DNA of 64,000 nucleotides from Gordius albopunctatus. Its lineage: Eukaryota. A program made the position numbers and the translations under genes. This document shows positions 37,335 to 48,663 of the stretch, piece after piece (the stretch's first letter is position 1; the number at the start of each line of letters is the position of its first letter). The notes under the pieces are model-generated. The model was not told the DNA's origin. It saw only the letters and a program-made list of their open reading frames with translations, and ran no database searches. Where the stretch lies: assembly GCA_964276515.1 (NCBI GenBank), contig OZ193909.1:15376001-15440000 (forward strand). The letters run 5' to 3'.

Positions 37335-40300
37335 ATACTTCTTCTTTATCAATTATTAGGTCCCACATTCTTGGGGTTTGTTTTGATAAGTTTCTTCCAT
37401 CTTGACCGAGTGAGTGCCATGTCTTGACTAATCTCTTTAGTTTCCATAACTTTATCGACTTACCCTTTCTATGTGACATGGGGTCGTCCTCTTCCTCTTT
37501 TCGATTTACGTCATCCGTGTCTCTTAGTATATGCCCATACCACCTTAGTCGATTTTCGTTAATCATGTCTGCCATAGGTTGAATACCAATTTTTGTCATG
37601 AGAAAGTCATTCGTCCTATGGTTGAGCTTAGTATACCCCAAGCTTCACCGTATCATTCTCATCTCTGTGGCTAATAGCTTTCCTTCCGTGGTGTTTAATG
37701 CCCATGTTTCACTTCCATAGAGTAAAACCGGTCCTACGATGGATTTATAAGCTTTGCTCTTCAACCATTTACTATTCTAGGCGAATAGTATATTTATTTA
37801 ATTTCTGATTCCTACATTCTGAACTTTCTTTATTTATTTTCAACAAGAAAAAGAAAATGATAATAATATCTATCCGCGATCGCGATGGCAATAAAAGCGA
37901 GTGGTAAATGTAAAATAATTGTTACGCGTAAAAATTACTTTTATCGTGTGTGTGGGGTATAATCGTAGCGTATAGTATACGTGTATGGGGGGAATAAACA
38001 ATTTGGCACATTTACAAAATAAATGTTTTTTAAATCAAACTTCTCAGTAAAAGGGGTCATAAAAATAGAAGTAAGCGGGGGGGGGGGAAGTTTCGAATAA
38101 ATCAATATAAATCGATATACCACAAACCATATTGGAATTTTCTTGTCGCACATTACACCGGATATACTTCGCCATTTAAACCATCCTTTTTGGATCAGGG
38201 TATTAACTTCCGTTGCGCAACCTCCCCCTTGATGTAGCATCGAGGCGAGGTAAGTAAACCTGTCTACTTTTGGGTACTTTAGATGGTTATCCAGCGATGA
38301 TGTGCCTTTACCGTTCATTTCCATATATACCATTTTTCGATCGTTGACCTTTAAACCATATCCAGCTAAGCGCTTTGACCACTTTTCAGCTTCTTCGAAT
38401 ACTTTCTCCCTTGTTTCCTCGCATAGTACTATATCATCGGCATATAGCATATACCATGGCGATGGCTTTTGAATGTCCCTCGTTATCGTGTCTATAATTA
38501 TCTATATATATAAAGTAAAGTCTATGTATATATATATATATATGTGCGTATGTATGTATGTAAGGGCTAATCTCTGAAACTACCGGCCCGATTCGCGCGA
38601 AAATTTAACCATAGATGCCCAGGGCGGCCAGGGGTAAAATATCTTTTTTAGAATCCTAAAATTCCTTTTAGTTTTAAAATATGGGCCTTTTAGTTTTAAA
38701 AAATGGCTTAATTCTAAAACTACCGGCCCGATTAGCGCGAAAATTTAGCCGTAGATGCCCGCCAGGGATAAAATAGCTTTTTCAGATTACTAAAATACCT
38801 TTTCGTTTTAAAAATATCGCAAATTTCCCGGCCAGTTTAATTTATAGCAGCATATACAATAATGAAGTCATATATACAAGGCTGAAGTTTTCTCGAATTA
38901 GATATTTAAAAGTATAATAAAAATGTTACAGTATACGGTCAAAATTATTTGGGTTTAATCAACTATTTAAATTAAATAAATAAAATTTAAATTAATAGCT
39001 TTTGCAGAATCCTAAAATTCCTTTTAGTTTTAAAAAAGGGATCTATATTAAATCGCGGGGGACCTTGTCATAAGCTTTATCCAAGTCGATAAAAACCATA
39101 TGTAGGTCTTTCCTATTTTTACCATACTTATCCATCATTCGGCTTAGTGCCAAGATTGGGTCGATTGTGGATTTGCCGGCCACAAATCCGAATTGATTAG
39201 CCAATATATCCACCTCGTTTTTCAGCCTTGTTACTAAGATCCTTTCCATCAAGGAGTGGCAAGTTAGCTTGATACTTCTGTAATTGCGCAATTCTGAGGG
39301 TCTCCTTTGCCTTTAAAAAGGGAATAATCGTGCTTGCTCTCCATTGATTAGGAATTCGCTTTTCTACCAATATCTTGTTAAGGAGGTTCATCATGGTGGT
39401 GACTCCTTCTTCACGACATCCGAGCAATGTTTCCATAGGTATTCCATCTGGGCCATTTGCTTTTCCTTCTTCATCCTCCTGAAAGAGTTCGACCATACTT
39501 ATATTTAGGTCAATTTTGGGAAGAGAATCTTTGTCATTTGAAATATTCATAAGTTTCTTAAAATATCCTTTCCACCTTTCCGTCCCTTCTTTCGGCTTCA
39601 ATAAGGTGTCACCCTTCTCGTTTTTGACTATTTTAAGAATTCCGACATCGCGACTTTCTTCTCCCTTATCTTGACCAATTTGTACATAGGCCCATCGGCC
39701 CCTTTACGATCCAGTTTGTTTGCCATCTTGGTGTACGCGGCATTCTTCGCTTTTGAAACGGCCTTTTTGCGGCCCTCTTTGCCTTCCTGTAGTCTTGATA
39801 ATCCTCAGACTTTCTTGATTTATGCCACAGTCTATATAGATTTTTCTTTCCTTCGATGAAATCTTTAACCGATTGATCCCACCACCATAATTCCCTTTTA
39901 ATAGCTTTGCGTCCTTTGGTGTGTCCTAGAACACGAATCGCTGTTTCCTTATTGTCCTTAGATAGCCTCTCCCAATCGTCGTCTACGTCCCTTTGCAACT
40001 TCCTTGCACCCAAGAGTGAGGAGGCTTTTTGATGGTATTCTTCGTTCGTCGACGTATCCTTTAGCCTTTCGTATCGAATTCGAGGTTCATAGATCTTTGT
40101 TCTTTCGGGAAATACTCTTCTGTCAATATCCATAACAAGGGGACGATGTTGCCTGGCGATTTCTTCTCCCGGTATTACTTTGCAATCCTTGATGCTCCAT
40201 AAGTCTTTTCGCCGTATAAGCAAATAGTCAAATGCTTCCCACTTCTATAGGTCACAATATGGTCCTCGCGCTTTTGAAAATAGGTGTTAACGATCGCCAT

Positions 40301-41000
40301 CTCATATGCTTGGGATACTTGGAGAAGGTTTTACCCTCCTTTATTCTTCAGACTATGCCCATAGCCTCCATGAATGCGTTCATACCCGAGACGATCTTTC
40401 CCAACGTGAGCGTTGAAATCTGTCCCAATAATTAGTCTTTCTTCCTCTCTTATTCCTTGTATTTCCTTTTCCAATGAATCAAAGAATATGTCTTTCTCTG
40501 ATTCCAAACACCCAATTTGGGGAGCATAGGCGCACATAACGGTTAGGAGGTCCCCTTGATCTGCAATCTCCACCCACATTAGCCTGTCGGAACAACGCTC
40601 GACTTCGACCACCTTATCTTTGAACGATTCGCTTAGAAGGATACCGATCCCGTTTCTACGATTTGATGACCCACTGTAGAATAGTTTTTGGCCTTCTCCT
40701 AACTCCCGGGCTTTGGTTCCGTTCCACCTAGTCTCTTGTAGGCAGGCAATGTGTACCTTTCTTCTTTTTAGCGTTGTGCGACCTCGATGCTCTTCCCCGT
40801 CAACATTCCCACATTCCAGCATGTTATTCTCATTCTTTCCACAACTAGTTTCCTTAACCGCCTTCGTTGTGAGTTGGGCAGTAACCCTAGTGTATTTTTC
40901 ACATTGCACGGGCGGGGTATGCAGTGCGCAGTGTTTGTGGACATAACCGTGCAAACGCTCTTTAATATAGACCTATCTTTATTTCTTCTTAGACGCTGAG
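37335..41000 (-). mobile_element. Degenerate RTE LINE with two nested insertions
   Basis: ORF fragments homologous to the 1956-4930 copy (CWNVG, LQETRW, FIDLDKAYD, LYADD, RLRWYGH). Insertions at 37769-38124 and 38501-39040. Confidence 0.92.
38501..39040 (+). mobile_element. 5' part of the same Helitron family as 29121-29899
   Basis: A|TCTATATATATAAAGTAAAG start and shared ggcccgattcgcgcgaaa block (duplicated here). The 3' CTAG end was lost together with part of the RTE RT. Confidence 0.85.
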
Positions 41001-41011
41001 CTAAATACACT

Positions 41012-42440
41012 TAGTGATGCGGAAAAACCGAGAAAAATCTGAGAATTTGAAAAATGGAGTCGTATCGAGACGAGAATTTTGATGTCAAGACGAGACGATA
41101 TGAGATTTTTTTGGCCAGATCTCGACTTTTTTTATTGTTAGATTTTAGTAAATTATTGTGTATTTTAATTTGCATGATTTACATTTAAGGTATTAAGTGT
41201 AAATCAATATGTATGGAATATATTTGACATTAAAAAAATTTCTGTAAATATTATATTTTTGCAACATTTACCTAATTATGGTTGACCCTTAGTGTATGCG
41301 AATAATTTTATAATATAGCATTATTAAATAATACAAAATTATAGGCTTAGAATGAGTTCTGATTGAATAGTTAATATAAACAAATCATATTTATATTTCG
41401 CAGTTACTCATCCTGCATAATGCGGTAATTATAAATTTGTAGTCAATCAGTTTGAATAATTAAACTAGTTAAGCTAAGGTGGCTCGAGATTTTTGAGGAC
41501 CCGCCTAACTATTTCAAAAGTACAATAGAGTATTTAATGACAACGTAATAGATGAAATCTAAAGCATGAGTTTTCTATAAGTTTTTATGCTTCAACTATA
41601 TTCAATAAATAACTATTTAATGTCAAAGTTATTTAGAATTGGAAGATAATTATTTGGAATATAAATTTGATTTTAATGATTTATGTCATAAATTTAAATA
41701 CGTGCAATTTAAAGTTTAAAACCTTATATTCATAATCGTATAATAATGCTGCTTTTATTGTTGTTTCTACACGTTTTTATATATATATCTAGTTACCAAT
41801 TCTGTAAATGATAAAATTGCACAGCAATTAATATTATCATTAAAAATCACTCGCACTTTGTGGTTTATAACGCTATAGTTATAATGCAATAAACACTATG
41901 GGCTATAATCAATGATGGTACTAATGGACTTAAATGTTTACCTTAAATATGTTAAGGTCTACTTTTAAGCTTTAGCCAGGGTTAATAAAGGGTCTCAATT
42001 TGCTAAATAGTCCAACTAAGTCAACTATAACCGATTTATTATTATCTAAGTCTATATAGTTGACAAACAGAGTGATTTGATACAAATGTTATAATTTTCT
42101 AGAACAATAAAATTGAATTTTCTATACTTCAAATATATTTATAGTTTTTTAGTTTGCACTTTCCATAGAAAATGTTATTTTTTTGAATGAATTTATATCT
42201 TTATATTGACAATGAGATGTCGTGTCCCGCTAAATCTTTAAAAAGTTTGTGTATTAAAGTTTATCAAAAAATATAAAAATTTGCCATTTTAATTTTTTAA
42301 CACTTATTTAATATTTTTAATAAAACAGGAGAAATTTTTATTCCGTATATATATTTTTTTTAAAAGTCGAGACGAGACGAGATCGAGATTTTTCTAGACC
42401 GAGACGAGATTTTGTTTCCGAGACCGAGATCGAAACACTA
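41012..42440. mobile_element. Non-autonomous hAT-like element with CGAGA subterminal repeats
   Basis: Ends TAGTG / CACTA, flanking duplication (A)ATACACT, CGAGAC clusters at 41086-41125 and 42368-42430. Confidence 0.75.
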
Positions 42441-43470
42441 ATACACTCTTCCAATATTGATACGAAATTTTTATTTACTCTTGGACGTTAAGTTGAATCT
42501 CCGACACCAGTGTTTGCACAATATGCTCTGTCTTTGTTGCATATGTTACTACGCCGTTATACGTCTAGGTTATATAATACTGGATGGGGGAGGAGAAATC
42601 GCTCAATATGACTAAACTAAATGATATTTTTGATTAAACATATAGCTAATTACACAGACTAACAATATATTATTGTCTAATTTTTCGTGTTAACTTTGTT
42701 GTTTTCCATTCTTATCAAAACTTAAAGTCGCTTTAGAAATAGGTCATCTCAGAATCATCTATTGCAAAATTGAAGTAAGATGGAAAAAGCTAGCTATAAT
42801 ACAGGGGCAGAACCCCCCCCCCATGTATTTGTTATCTAATGATCTTATCAGGGCGCACGGGTATGACACATTTAGTAAGAGTATCTTTAATTTCCATAAT
42901 AGAAAAATATCTATATATATAAAATTCTCGTGTCACTTTAAACTATATTTGAAATCTCTAAGTCATAAGACGGTCAAGTTATTTAGTTTTATACGTCTTG
43001 ACGTTTAATAAAACGTCAATCAAACGCAACCTCATGACGTACTGCGTATCTATCGGTGTAGGTAGTGTGATAAATGCAGTAGGCATGTGTTGCGGAAAAT
43101 GGAAACTTTTTACTCGCTTTGAAAAATTAAATATCAAAGTCATTTTTTTGCTTATTTTTCACGTCATTTATTATTATTATAGAACGGTCGTGTCCCCTCC
43201 TGCATGGCTAAATAAATTAAAAATCTAATTTTGTCATTTTTTGCGCGTATAAGGAGAAAAATGAAAATACTTTTAACAAAGTACCAATAAATGTTGATAT
43301 ATCTTAGTTCTTCGGACATTATTAAGTTCAGAATTAAAACTTTGATTCAGAAACAAATAATTATAATTATGATATTTAAGAAGATTTTTACCCTCATAAT
43401 TAATGTTCTTCATAGATATATTTTCGGGAATTGTCGAGGGTGTTAAAAAATTATTGTAGTAAATATAATA

Positions 43471-43497
43471 TTTCGCCCTCATAGAGGACATCGTCAG
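43471..43497 (-). ncRNA. Hammerhead ribozyme core (probably truncated), Penelope-type
   Basis: CTGACGA-T-GTCCTC-TAT-GAGGGC-GAAA: conserved core boxes with a 6-bp stem II. Stems I and III are not convincing. Confidence 0.5.
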
Positions 43498-43504
43498 ATA
43501 AGTA

Positions 43505-45418
43505 AAAAACTCGGGCCTTCGGCCCTCGTGGGAAGGGGGAAGGGGAGGGAAGGGGAGGAGGGGAAGGAAGGGGGAACTCATCTACACTCCGTATAAATGT
43601 ATCATATTTGCTATGCAATTTATGGAAATACTTACGTGAATATTGCAAAACGAAGGTTGGAAGCACTAAATAAGTGTATATGCCAAATATCATAAAGGGG
43701 GAGAGAGGGAGCGAAGGGGAAGCTTTATGGTTAGTTAAATTCTACGGGAGTTGTATTACCAAAAGGTCATAATAACAATGGTAGGAACAGGAACAATCAT
43801 AATAGTCAAAAAAAACGAAAAAAAAATTTTCGAATCACATTTTGGCCAAAGGTCATTTTTTTCCATTGGTCAGCAGCCAGGACACGGTAAAAGTGGATAT
43901 AAATTCATAATAGTCAAAAAAAACGAAAAAAAAGTTTTCGAATCACATTTTGGCCAATGGTTATTTTATTCCATTGGTCAGCAGCCAGCGGACGGCCAAA
44001 AAGTCATAATAGCAATGGTAGGAACAGGAACAATCATAATAGTCAAAAAAAACGGAAAAAATAATTTCGATTCACATTTTAGCCAATGGTCATTTTTTCC
44101 ATTGGTCAGCAGCCAGGACACGGTAAAAGTGGATATAAATTCATAACAGTCAAAAAAAAACGAAAAAAAAAATTTCGAATCACATTTTGGCCAATGGTCA
44201 TTTTATTCCATTGGTCAGCAGCCAGCGGACGGCCAAAACGTCATAATAGCAATGGTAGGAACAGGAACAATCATAATATTCAAAAAAAACGAAAAAATAA
44301 ACACGGATACACATTTTGGCCAATGGTCATTTTTTCATTTGTCAGCAGCCAGCGGACGGCCAAAAAGTCTTATTATCATTGATAGTAACAAGAACAATCA
44401 TAAGAGTCCAAAAACCTCCGGGATTCTAACCCAAAAACTAGATAAATTGCATAGCAATTATTAAAAAGTATAGGGTAATTATCAATGTTAACCTATTCAA
44501 AAACGAACAAAAAATTTTGATTTATTTGGCCAATGGTAATTTTTTTCAATTATCAATGTTAACTTATTCAAAAAGGAAAAACGAAAAATTAGGATTTATT
44601 TGGCCAATGTTCATTTTTTCATTGGTCAGTAGCCAGCGGACGGTCAAAAAGTCATATTATCAAAGGTATTAACAAGAACAAAATATTAAATTAATTAAAA
44701 AAATAAAAATTTTGCCCTCTCCGGGATTCGAACCCACATTAAATAGAGGCATAAGCCTTTGGAGGGGAACAGGGAACCATATAAATAGAGCCATAGGCCC
44801 TTGTAGGGGAGGGCATAGGGTAATTATCAATGTTAAACTATTCAAAAACAAAAAATTAAAAATTTCGATTTATCTGGCCAGTGGTCATTTTTTCATTGGT
44901 CAGTAGCCTGCGGACGGTCAAAAATTCATATTATCAATGGTATTAACAAGAACAATATATTAATTTAATTTAAAAAAAAATAAAAATTTTTGTCCTCTCC
45001 GGGTCTCGAACCATCAATTTAGAACGTTCGCCGGGATTCAAACCCACATTAAATAGAGGCATAAGCCTTTAGGGGGGAACAGGGAACCATATAAATAGAG
45101 CCATAGGCCCTTGTAGGGGAGGGCATAGGGTAATTATCAATGTTAAACTATTCAAAAACGAAAAATTAAAAATTTCGATTTATCTGGCCAGTGGTCATTT
45201 TTTCATTGGTCAGTAGCCTGCGGACGGTCAAAAAGTCATATTATCAATGGTATTAACAAGAAAAAAATATTAATTTAATTTAAAAAAAAAAAAAATTTTG
45301 TCCTCTCCGGGTCTCGAACCCGCAACCTCCAGGTCGGGAAGCTGGTGTAAATAACTTGGTGGACGGACGGACGGACGGACGGACAACCAAAAACGAGCCC
45401 ATAAATTGCATAGCAATT
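43505..45418 (-). mobile_element. Expanded HINE with internal tandem arrays
   Basis: Hairpin GGGCCTTCGGCCC at ~43513, subTIRs at ~43608, ~44445 and ~45398, (ACGG)n at ~45361-45384, arrays of TTGGCCAATGGTCATTTTTTCATTGGTCAG-containing units. Confidence 0.8.
43776..44400. repeat. Dimeric tandem array (~238-bp unit of two related subunits)
   Basis: Alternating subunits ending gccaggacacggtaaaagtgg and gccagcggacggccaaaa; about 2.5 dimers. Confidence 0.88.
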
Positions 45419-45461
45419 AATAGATTTAAATAAAATAGATTTAAATAAAATAAAATATAAA

Positions 45462-45725
45462 CTAAATAGAATGTTCTTTTGGTAATGATAAATTAGTGTG
45501 TATCCAAGGGTAGAGGGGTACTCTTCCCATATCTTCATCTAAAGTGGGGTTAAGTCTTCTAATAAAGAAGGACTCTAACGTCTTCCTTTCAAAATATGAT
45601 TTTGTAAAAAGTAGAATTGATCGTTTAAGTTTTGACGTATGATTTTTCTTTAAAATGTTGTTAGATACTCCTGTAGGTACTCCGTTATTATATTTACTAC
45701 AATAATTTTTTAACACCCTCGACAA
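45462..45725 (-). pseudogene. C-terminal fragment of a Penelope-like GIY-YIG endonuclease
   Basis: TGVSNNILKKNH..ERKTLESFFIRRLNPTLDEDMG resembles the PLE C-terminal R.I.EA..I....P.LN.D.G motif. A hammerhead core lies downstream on the same strand. Confidence 0.6.
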
Positions 45726-46036
45726 TTCCCGAAAATATATCTATGAAGAAAATTATGATATTGTTTCTTAATTACAAAAAATTAAAAAAAATTGCTTGAA
45801 GGGCCAGGGGGCCAAAGATTTTTCCCTTGGGGGGGGGGGTCATGGGGCCAGGTTTTCTCTCTTGGGTGGGCCTGGGCCTTGGACCCTCTTTAACTATTTG
45901 TTTAAAAAATTTTAATAAACACTTATCAATTATATTTGATATATTCTTAATCTATTGAAATTTATCTATAAGATGATATATATTCTGCTAATACACCCGG
46001 GTAAATGGCAAAACAACGTTTGCCGGGTTCATCTAG

Positions 46037-47496
46037 TCTAATATATAAAATTCTCGTGTCACGGTGTGGGTGGTTAAACTCCTCCGAAACGGCTGTACCA
46101 ATTTTTATGAAAATTTCTGCGAATATTTGGTAGGTCTGAGCTTAGGCTTTAAACTTTATTCCAAATTTCTAAATGATAAGAAGGTCAAGTTATTTTGTTT
46201 TATACGTTTTGACGTTTAATAAAATGTCAATCAAACGCAACTTTATGACGTACTGCGTATTTATCGTCTGCTTTGAAAATTTGAATATACAGTTCTTTAC
46301 TTTTTAGAAGATTTTTACCCTCATAATCAATGTTCTTCGTAGAAAAATTCTCGGGAATTTTCGAGGGTGTTAAAAAAGTATGAGGACATCATCAGATGAA
46401 TCGGCAATAAATTAAAATTGCATGAATTTATTAAAGATCATTCCATAAGATTAAATGTTTAACGGGTAAGTTTAAATTTACCTGAATTTGTAAAAGTAGA
46501 TATTATCTAATATATAAAAAATTTGTCGTTTGACTTGATACCATATTTGAAATAACTAAAACTATAGTCATTTGCCCCCCCCCCACTTTCTAATTCCGAT
46601 GCTGACTACGTGGTCCGGGTCGGATAGACATATCTTTTAAGTTATTGCCCTTATATATAAATTTTATAATTAATACCGAAATGTATGATTAATTTATCTC
46701 ATTCCGTCATTTATATTATTTTATTTTTTAATTGCCATAATCTGATGTACCTATAGCTATAAAAAATAAAATGTAATTTAATCGCTGAATAATATCGATA
46801 GATCGTTGCACCTTGGACGATATCGATGTAATATATCAAATAAATGATTCGTGTATTGCCATTTTATACGCCATCATTGTCACAACACCCCATTCCTATT
46901 TCAATCATAACCACATCCCCACACACTTATTGTATTTTTTAGCAATAATGTGTATAGCAATTTATTTTTTGAAAATTAGTTAAAATATGGCTAAAATAAA
47001 AAATTATCATTTTGCCCATCCCAAAATCATTATTGTTCTCTTCTAATTCCGATAATTTATAAAACATTTCGTAGGATCTTTGCATTTTCATTGCCAATTT
47101 TAAAATTAGTCGGTTTGATATAATTTAACCGAAACGGCTGGACCGATTTTTATAAAAATTTCTGCGAATATTTGGTAGGTCTGAGAATGGGTTTTAACTT
47201 TATCCCAAATCTCTAATTAGATTAAAATAAGACAAAAAATAAAAGCAATAAAATTTTACTATCATTGGTAGGTCTGAGAATAGTTTTTAAACTTTATTCA
47301 AAATCTCTACGTGATACAACGGTCCAGTTTATTTATTTTATCGTCTGGACCGATTTTTATGAAAATTTTTGCGAATCGGTAACTATATTATTCTACCATC
47401 ATAGTACTATAAACGATGTACTCAAAATATGTTTCTACATTGTTATTTAGCTAATTAGGGACTAAGCCAAATCAACGCTTGGCCGGGTGCATCTAG
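46037..47496 (+). mobile_element. Second Helitron of the same family, directly abutting the first
   Basis: Starts TCTAATATATAAAATTCTCGTGTCAC; ends gccaa..ttggc hairpin + CTAG|T. Shares internal blocks with 42940-43500. Confidence 0.85.
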
Positions 47497-48157
47497 TAAT
47501 TTATATAGTTGTGGTAATCCATAACTAATCAGTTTACCAGAAAGAAATGCATATATATACAAATTCTAATTAAATTCGAGATATAATTGTTTGCACGTAC
47601 CAAATTGTATTTAATATAGATATGTATATCATATGTTAATGTAACTTACCATAAAAAACCGAATTATTAGAGATCGCTAAATAATTTTTATTTAAATACC
47701 TATAATTAAATTGTTAATGAGTGAAATTAGAAATGTTTATTATTAGGACATTCGACTTCGTAGATTTTATTAATGTGATAACAATGGTATCCTTGTAACG
47801 TATACTAATAAAAAAAGCGACATTCACATTTATTTGATTTTATAACGATTAAAACCCATAAATAATAAACAAATTATATATGACATTATTTACAAACCTT
47901 TTTAGTATTGCTATATCATGTATAAATGCTCACATTTATACAACGTTTTCAATGTGTCGTTCGTTTTCATCTATATTGTAATATATAAGTATAGATATAT
48001 ATATAAATTAACGCATCCCAATAAGACTGTCCTCAAGTGTATTACTACTTTGTTATTTCAATTTAATATCAAATTAGCTTAAAGCTTTAACTTATGAAAA
48101 CTTCCCCTATTTATCTCTTTAAAACTCCATAAGAAATAGAGAAATGCTACAGCTAGG

Positions 48158-48282
48158 TCATCTCCGACTTTTAAAATATATGAACAAAAAAGTAAACGTC
48201 CAAGTTAATATTATACAAATATTTCCTGCATTAACCATTTTAGTGAGCCCACACCCAGAAAGACTCAAAACCTGATCGCGTT
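48158..48282 (-). CDS. hh: Divergent Hedgehog-family protein, predicted terminal exon 3 (SG|C linker plus hydrophobic tail, no Hint domain)
   Basis: AAG acceptor at 48283-48285 after a 116-nt intron. The phase-1 join gives QP-E-RDQVLSLSGCGLTKMVNAGNICIILTWTFTFLFIYFKSRR*, aligning to KA-E-NSVAAKSGGC. No Hint-like sequence was seen further downstream. Confidence 0.72.
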
Positions 48283-48398
48283 CTTATATTTATCATTATA
48301 TTCTTTTTATAAATCTCTTAAAACTTCAATTCTGGTTCTATTTAAAAATCTCTCAATAAATTGATTAGTATAACGTAGATGTGCACCATTTTTTAAAC

Positions 48399-48663
48399 CT
48401 GGTTGTACTGAAACATGGATGAAAGAACGTTGGCGATAATGAACCCAATTAAATTCGGCTTTTCTCGCGAGGCCAGCTAAAAATCCGTTTTTACTATGGT
48501 CATAATCGCTCACTGTAATGTCTAAAGCACGACCGCAGGTATGAAGTGTCTTTCTCGATCTATTGTCATCTTCGACAGTCCAACCTTTTAAAACTTTAAC
48601 TTTGACTCCTGGCCATTCCAAACTCACTAGCATCGAGAGCAGGTCTAGTTTCTCTTTACAAGT
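48399..48663 (-). CDS. hh: Divergent Hedgehog-family protein, exon 2 (Hedge core)
   Basis: TTTAG acceptor, then TCKEKLDLLSMLVSLEWPGVKVKVLKGW..LHTCGRALDIT..FNWVHY..IHVSVQP, matching RCKDKLN..WPGVKLRVTEGW..LHYEGRAVDIT..FDWVYY..IHCSVKA. The exon is 265 nt and ends with a phase-1 GT donor at the conserved hh position. Confidence 0.93.

Larger units (their letters stand above)
42910..46036 (+). mobile_element. Helitron carrying a Penelope remnant and a HINE
   Basis: A|TCTATATATATAAAATTCTCGTGTCAC start; hairpin ggcaaa..tttgcc followed by CTAG at 46033-46036. Confidence 0.78.

Noticed and set aside
43751..44464. Repetitive ORFs / CRISPR-like periodicity
   Set aside because: Eukaryotic tandem array inside a HINE; no unique spacers and no cas genes.
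48307..48398. C-terminal extension GLKNGAHL..RDL of the hh ORF-track entry
   Set aside because: It begins at a GT at the conserved hh phase-1 intron position; more likely intron read-through, though not excluded without RNA data.
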